A stretch of 5,161 nucleotides of DNA, taken from the NCBI GenBank assembly GCA_964507075.1, contig CAZDOL010000023.1, positions 1 to 5,161 on the forward strand. The letters run 5' to 3'. Positions 1 through 4,127 of the stretch are shown piece after piece. Each line of letters begins with the position of its first letter. Within the stretch, counting starts at the first letter, position 1. Origin of the DNA: an uncultured Gammaproteobacteria bacterium. Its GTDB lineage: Bacteria; Patescibacteriota; Patescibacteriia; UBA2591; UBA6264. Both the position numbers and the translations under genes were made by a program. The notes below the pieces were generated by a model. The model saw only the letters and a program-made list of their open reading frames with translations. It did not search any database and was not told the DNA's origin.

Positions 1-925
1 TACGTTCCCAAAAATTAAAATCTTCAGTAATAATTTTTATATCTATTCCTTGTTTAGCTTTTTTAATAATTGCTTGGGAGATATTTTTGTCAGTAGCTTG
101 CCAGATAATTATTTCAATATTTTTTTGAGCGCTTTCTATTAAATCAATAATTTTTTGATTGATTGAGTTATTTTGAAATCCAGGGCTAAACCAAACATCT
201 AAGAAGCAATCATTATATGTAATATTTTTTAACCATGGCTTATAGTTTTTGTTCCGCAATTTTTTAGTTCCGTTAGTATTTTGTTTTAATAAATCAAATT
301 CAAAACCGTATGCCTGAATGATTTCAGAATCTGTGGTTACAAACAAAAAGCTGGGGTCAAAAGCTTCTTGTAGTGTGGTCCAATTTAATGAGCCAGTAAT
401 AAGTTTTTGTTGAGGCGTTCCTCTGTCTATAATAACAAATTTATGATGCATATTTGGATTTGATTTTGTAGCGCTTTTGCCTGGGTCAATTCTTTTAATA
501 TTTTCAGGCAAATCTGCAAAAACAATATTGTGTTGTTTGCTTTTATCAATATCTAAAACAAGGATTATTTGAACGCCTTTTTCATTTGCCTTATATAATT
601 TATCTCTTAATATTTCTAAGTTAAACGAATACATTGCTATTTCAATGCTTTTTTCAGCATTGTCTATGGCCTTACTAATAGTATTTATAAATTGATTAGT
701 TTGAAATTCATTATTAAAATAAACCGCGCCTTCCATATTTCTATCTACTTTAATTTTTTGAGAAGATATATAGTCAGGCAGATTTGATTCTAAAAGCCGT
801 AAAGATGTTAATTTATTAGACAAAAAAATAAGAACCATTGCAAAGCAAATAAAATAGGCGATTATCTTAATAATCTTTTTTTTATATCTTTTATATTTTC
901 TCAATTTTATCCTCAGAAATGACAT
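1..925 (-). CDS. Phospholipase D (HKD) superfamily protein with a basic N-terminus and a single membrane anchor; 3' end cut by the window edge
   Basis: Not in the supplied ORF track because it runs off the window. Hand translation of the minus strand from ATG 925..923 gives MSFLRIKLRKYKRYKKKIIKIIAYFICFAMVLIFLSNKLTSLRLLE..., open to position 1 (308 codons + 1 nt), with an in-frame TAA just upstream of the ATG. The HKD motif 'HHKFVIIDRGTPQQKLITGSLNW' is encoded at ~383..448. It is preceded by the PLD-type 'AIDNAEKSIEIAMYSFN...EKGVQIILVLD'. A second PLD-type repeat starts at ~198 and runs leftwards ('VWFSPG...IIDLIESAQKNIEIIIWQATD...GIDIKIITED'). Alternative starts are TTG 904 and ATG 838, but ATG 838 would cut the hydrophobic helix. 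Confidence 0.75.
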   Translation of the reverse strand, partial: MSFLRIKLRKYKRYKKKIIKIIAYFICFAMVLIFLSNKLTSLRLLESNLPDYISSQKIKVDRNMEGAVYFNNEFQTNQFINTISKAIDNAEKSIEIAMYSFNLEILRDKLYKANEKGVQIILVLDIDKSKQHNIVFADLPENIKRIDPGKSATKSNPNMHHKFVIIDRGTPQQKLITGSLNWTTLQEAFDPSFLFVTTDSEIIQAYGFEFDLLKQNTNGTKKLRNKNYKPWLKNITYNDCFLDVWFSPGFQNNSINQKIIDLIESAQKNIEIIIWQATDKNISQAIIKKAKQGIDIKIITEDFNFWER

Positions 926-2630
926 ATTTTTGATTATAAGTGATTAAAGAATTTTCCTTAGTGGCTAATAAAATTATTATAGAATCAGATAATTTTTCAG
1001 CCATAATTTTTAAAATTTCATTTATTCTTTTTTGGTTTAAATCAACCCACAGATTGTCAATCACAATTATAGCTGGTTTATTTACCAAGCAATAAGCTGC
1101 TTCTAATGCAAATAAATGAACTGGGTTTAATGTTATGGTTTGGCAATTCTCAGCAGTGAATTTTCTAAAAGAAAGAATGAAATGGAGCGGCGGGCATTGA
1201 GATATAACTTGAAAAACTTTTTCAATGTCTGATTGGTTGATGTTTTCTCTATTTTTGCCTGTTAATATTTCTCCAACATTTTTTTCAGAAGTTAGCTGGG
1301 GTTCTATAAAATAAGCATTACGGAATTTTGTTTGCCAATCATTATATAAATAACGTTTTTCGTTCGCTTTAACTATCCATGCCTGATTATTAAAACGTCC
1401 CATACAAGATAATAAATATCCTAAATGCGTTTTTCCAACGCAACTTTTTCCTGAAATTAAAACTCGGTCTTTAGAATTGAATTCTAAGTTGATGTTTTTG
1501 ATATATTTTCCCAACCAGAATAATTTTGTTTTTTTTGTTTTAAAAGTGATTGAAGATATTTTTTTAATTATATCTTGACGACTTTTGTCTTTTTGTGGCT
1601 CGGGCAAAGAAAGAATAAGCCCTAACCTCGCAGGCAGAATAAAGAGTCCTATTTTTAAACTGGTATAGAACAATCTTATTAAGTAAATAAAAACAATTCC
1701 AGAAATCAGCAGGTTGTCAACTTGGATTTTGAGAAAAAAGTCAGGAGTATATATTCGCATTATATAAGAAAGTCCGACTACTAAAATCAAGATACCAAAA
1801 ATAATTCTATTGCCAAAAAGAAGCCAAATTTTTCTTCTAATTCTAAAGTGCGTATCTAATTTAACTAATTCGTCTAAGGTTTGGAGATTTTCTTTTTCTA
1901 ATTTGTGTTTTTGGATAAAGGGGAGTTCATATAAAGAAGAGGTGATGTGCTTGATGATTTTGGAATAAAGTGTTGTTTCTTTTGTGACATAGTGTTTGGC
2001 AATATAGTAACCAATAAGGGCGAGTATGATATTAACGGGTATGGCTAGCAAAATAATTATTAGCAGAGTGCTGTTAATAAAAGCGCTAATAATCAGCAAA
2101 CCAAGAACATATAAAGCCCATTGCATTAAGCCAATAACGCTGTTGTCCAGCCCCATTTGCAACAAAGGAAGATGGTAGGATATTTTGGCTATTAAGCTGG
2201 CTTTATTCTCAGAAGTTACTTTGTGGAAGGGCTTATTGGTAAAAATTTTAATCCATTTCCTGCGCAAATCATTTATGAGATAGATAACTAAACTTTTCCC
2301 TATTTTAAGTTCCCAAAAGGCAATAATAATATAAATTATTACGCCTCCTATTAAAACGCAGAGGGCTATGGTCATTTGTTTCCATTGCAGAAGAACGCTT
2401 GTTTTGAATAAATGACTACGAGCAAATAAGGGCAAAATTACTTCCAGAAGAATTTGGCAAAAAAGAAGAGATAAGAAAATAATAATTTCTTTTTTGTGGC
2501 CACGAGCAAATGATTTCAAATATTTGAGATGAAATTTTTCCAATTTTAATGGTCTATTTGCTTGCCTAATCTCTGCTTTTTGTTGATACAAATAAATTTG
2601 CGATTTTTTTTCTTCCATGATGGACATCAA
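891..2630 (-). CDS. ABC type-1-exporter-like fused transmembrane domain + nucleotide-binding domain protein; the NBD is degenerate
   Basis: ORF track, 579 aa. About six hydrophobic helices lie in aa ~48-340 (e.g. IIIFLSLLFCQILLEVILPLF, MTIALCVLIGGVIIYIIIAF, VIGLMQWALYVLGLLIISAF, LLIIILLAIPVNIILALIGYYI, IIFGILILVVGLSYI, ISGIVFIYLIRLFY). There is a long cytoplasmic-loop pattern 'DLRRKWIKIFTNKPFHKV...SLIAKISYHLPLLQ', typical of ABC_membrane domains. In the C-terminal NBD, Walker A 'GKSCVGKT' (1428..1451) and a Q-loop-like 'EPQ' are present. The signature position reads 'LNPVH' rather than LSGGQ (1116..1130). Walker B reads 'IIVIDN', so the catalytic Glu is Asn (1053..1058). The H-loop position reads 'LLATKE', with no His. 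The track's first codon at 2630 is TTG; ATGs follow at 2627 and 2618, so the exact start is uncertain. Confidence 0.8.
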   Translation of the reverse strand: MMSIMEEKKSQIYLYQQKAEIRQANRPLKLEKFHLKYLKSFARGHKKEIIIFLSLLFCQILLEVILPLFARSHLFKTSVLLQWKQMTIALCVLIGGVIIYIIIAFWELKIGKSLVIYLINDLRRKWIKIFTNKPFHKVTSENKASLIAKISYHLPLLQMGLDNSVIGLMQWALYVLGLLIISAFINSTLLIIILLAIPVNIILALIGYYIAKHYVTKETTLYSKIIKHITSSLYELPFIQKHKLEKENLQTLDELVKLDTHFRIRRKIWLLFGNRIIFGILILVVGLSYIMRIYTPDFFLKIQVDNLLISGIVFIYLIRLFYTSLKIGLFILPARLGLILSLPEPQKDKSRQDIIKKISSITFKTKKTKLFWLGKYIKNINLEFNSKDRVLISGKSCVGKTHLGYLLSCMGRFNNQAWIVKANEKRYLYNDWQTKFRNAYFIEPQLTSEKNVGEILTGKNRENINQSDIEKVFQVISQCPPLHFILSFRKFTAENCQTITLNPVHLFALEAAYCLVNKPAIIVIDNLWVDLNQKRINEILKIMAEKLSDSIIILLATKENSLITYNQKYVISEDKIEKI

Positions 2631-3828
2631 GATAATATTTATATAAAGAAGGTATTTTTAAGTGTTTTAATTTTTCTTTGAGCAGGCGTTGATTGTGGGG
2701 GGAGTACTTGCCAAAAAAATATTTAGTAATAATGCGCATGAATTTTTCAGACAATTTTTTTATTTGCTGGTCATTGTTTACTAATATTTTTTGAGAAATG
2801 ATTTGGAGAAATTGGTTGTTTATATTGTCTTCTTTTTGAAAAAGTGTTTTGCGCAAGTACTTGATTTTTTGATAATTATTTCGTGGTTTATGTCCAAGCA
2901 AAGTAGTTCTCCAATAACTGATAGTTTTTTTAATGAAATTATCTTCTAAGCTGATTATTTTGTTATTAAAATTATATCCTAAAAAATTAAACTCCTGATT
3001 GGTTGCGATTAGCTTACTTTTTTCTTTTTTGATTTTTAATTTTAGTTTTTTTATCTCCTGGAGCGTGTAATGAAATAAGGCCTCTAATTTTTCTTTATTT
3101 TTATCCATTAATATTATATCATCACCAATCCTTCGGTAAAGAGACACTTTTTTTCCGAGATACTTATCTAAATCGTTGAGATATAAATTAGCGAATAAAG
3201 CTATTAAGGGAACGCCCTGCACAACGCCAATTTTGGGGCGATAAAGTTTTTCGTCTTTATATACAGCATTATAAATAAATAATTTTAAAAGTTCTATTAC
3301 TGTGTCTGGCAAGCCAATTTCTTGGAGCTTTTTAATTAATATTTTTTGGTCAATGTAGTTTGAGTAATTTGTTAAGTCCAATATTAGGGCATTGTCTTGG
3401 TCATAATAGCGTTGATATCTCCTAACAACACTGCGCCCAGCATAATAGCTGGGGTGAGAGGAGCGATACGAGAATAAAAAGGGGGAATAATTGGCTTCAA
3501 AAATTGGTTCAATGATTTGATAAATAGCTTGCGCTTTAATTCGGTCTTTGATGGTATAAATATATATATCGCGCAATGAACCGTCTTTTTTGGGAATATA
3601 GTGGCAGAGAGCAGGGCTAATTGCTTTTTTTTGCTTGAGTTCAATTTGGAGTTCTGAAATTATTTTGTCTGCTTTGTGAGCAATGTTGTCAATCTTAGAG
3701 CCATCTATGCCTGTATATCTGGAAATCCTGGCCCCTTCTTCAAATTGTTTTATCAGGGCTAAATAGGCCTTTTCTATGTTGGTGGTATTTAATATTTGAT
3801 TGTATAAGTCGTTTTTTTCAGCAGGCAT
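2566..3828 (-). CDS. Reverse transcriptase, free-standing, group-II-intron-like (RT plus thumb/X-like region only)
   Basis: ORF track, 420 aa. Motifs read from the translation: RT0-like 'YTGIDGSKI'; motif 1 'HYIPKKDGSLRDI'; motif 2 'IKDRIKAQAIYQIIEPIFE'; 2a 'FSYRSSHPSYYAGRS'; motif 3/A 'ALILDLTNYSNYID' (D151); motif 4/B 'GVVQGVPLIALFANLYLNDLD'; motif 5/C 'YRRIGDDIILM' (D236-D237 at 3118..3123); motif 6 'LKIKKEKSKL'; motif 7 'FNFLGYNF'. A ~130-aa Lys-rich C-terminal region follows, with no endonuclease or other recognisable domain. An in-frame TAA one codon upstream of ATG 3828 fixes the start. Confidence 0.9.
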   Translation of the reverse strand: MPAEKNDLYNQILNTTNIEKAYLALIKQFEEGARISRYTGIDGSKIDNIAHKADKIISELQIELKQKKAISPALCHYIPKKDGSLRDIYIYTIKDRIKAQAIYQIIEPIFEANYSPFLFSYRSSHPSYYAGRSVVRRYQRYYDQDNALILDLTNYSNYIDQKILIKKLQEIGLPDTVIELLKLFIYNAVYKDEKLYRPKIGVVQGVPLIALFANLYLNDLDKYLGKKVSLYRRIGDDIILMDKNKEKLEALFHYTLQEIKKLKLKIKKEKSKLIATNQEFNFLGYNFNNKIISLEDNFIKKTISYWRTTLLGHKPRNNYQKIKYLRKTLFQKEDNINNQFLQIISQKILVNNDQQIKKLSEKFMRIITKYFFGKYSPHNQRLLKEKLKHLKIPSLYKYYLDVHHGRKKIANLFVSTKSRD

Positions 3829-3865
3829 ATTTTAAAAAAATAAAAACCCTTTGTTTGAGGTTTTT
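3829..3865 (-). terminator. Weak terminator- or attenuator-like hairpin plus U-run immediately upstream of the RT start codon
   Basis: The minus-strand RNA reads 'aaaaacc-tcaaacaaag-ggttttt' (7 bp, only 2 G-C; plus 3842..3848 pairs with 3859..3865), followed by 'atttttttaaaat' and then ATG 3828. The layout is terminator-like, but the stem is very A-U rich. Confidence 0.25.
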
Positions 3866-3900
3866 GATATTAAAAAAAATAAAAATATTGTTTCCATAAC

Positions 3901-3926
3901 ATAGTATGTGCCAAACGGCATACTAT
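3901..3926 (-). other. Local stem-loop within the leader
   Basis: 'atagta-tg-tgcc aaac ggca tactat': tgcc/ggca (4 bp) plus atagta/tactat (6 bp), with a 2-nt bulge and a 4-nt loop. It abuts the 3' half of the long-range helix (3894..3901). This is the best-supported single structure in the spacer. Confidence 0.5.
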
Positions 3927-4049
3927 TAATTAAATCAATTTGAGACGCCCCTGGGTTGTCATTATTCTTTCGCTTATTTAAGCTGGTGTTAGACAGCAAG
4001 TTAACAAATAAGCCTCAGAATTTTTAACACCTCTATTTATGAGATAGAG

Positions 4050-4079
4050 TTGTTATGGTTTAGTAATATATGTTATAAT
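4050..4079 (+). promoter_or_regulatory. Candidate divergent promoter for the plus-strand gene
   Basis: On the plus strand: -35 'TTGTTA' (4050..4055), an 18-nt spacer, then an extended -10 'TGtTATAAT' (4071..4079). The two -10 hexamers on opposite strands overlap at 4078..4079, inside the near-palindrome TGTTATAATTATAGCA (4071..4086). Confidence 0.4.
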
Positions 4080-4107
4080 TATAGCACATATTATTGAGAA
4101 GTGTTAA
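4078..4107 (-). promoter_or_regulatory. Candidate sigma70-type promoter for the leader/RT operon
   Basis: On the minus strand: -35 'TTAACA' (4107..4102), an 18-nt spacer, then an extended -10 'TGcTATAAT' (4086..4078). Predicted TSS is ~4069..4071. Confidence 0.45.
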
Positions 4108-4127
4108 TTATTTATCCACAATTGTAT

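Larger units (their letters stand above)
3829..4070 (-). ncRNA. Long structured 5' leader or candidate RT-associated non-coding RNA (boundaries approximate)
   Basis: About 240 nt lie between the predicted minus-strand TSS (~4070) and the RT ATG. Complementary segments are given in plus coordinates. (1) Closing helix 3894..3901 'ccataaca' with 4051..4058 'tgttatgg', 8 bp. (2) Hairpin 4031..4036 'ctctat' with 4044..4049 'atagag'. (3) 3985..3991 'ggtgtta' with 4025..4031 'taacacc', 7 bp. (4) 3972..3979 'gcttattt' with 4006..4013 'aaataagc', 8 bp, interleaved with (3). (5) Hairpin 3901..3926. A 65% GC island lies at 3941..3960 in an otherwise AT-rich spacer. Each short helix alone could arise by chance in AT-rich DNA. 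Confidence 0.35.

Noticed and set aside
3384-3644. 86-aa minus-strand ORF from the track
   Set aside because: It lies entirely inside the RT gene in a different frame. It has no recognisable motifs, whereas the RT frame carries the full motif 1-7 series. It is a shadow ORF.
3866-3890. U-rich tract in the leader (minus-strand 'caauauuuuuauuuuuuuuaauauc') as a homopolymer template of the kind reported for DRT9-type poly-dA synthesis
   Set aside because: A/T runs of this length occur throughout this AT-rich window, including inside coding regions. The tract is therefore not distinctive on its own. It is worth revisiting only if cDNA sequencing shows A-rich products.
3941-3960. GC-rich segment 'gagacgcccctgggttgtc' as a self-contained hairpin or protein-binding palindrome
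   Set aside because: The ccc/ggg halves are separated by only one nucleotide, so they cannot fold on themselves. The outer gac/gtc pairing is only 3 bp. I kept it as a compositional anomaly within the leader finding.
3829-4070. Canonical retron (msr/msd with a1/a2 repeats)
   Set aside because: The 8-bp flanking inverted repeat is reminiscent of a1/a2. However, the residues right after the 5' repeat are 'ACUC', with no branching G. The hairpin next to the 3' repeat is only ~26 nt, short for an msd. The RT also lacks the retron-type NAxxH and VTG signatures and has a group-II-type 'GIDG' N-terminus.
2566-4127. Mobile group II intron
   Set aside because: There is not enough upstream RNA for domains I-III. 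The RT 3' end overlaps the next coding gene, so there is no room for domains V/VI. The RT has no DNA-binding or endonuclease extension.
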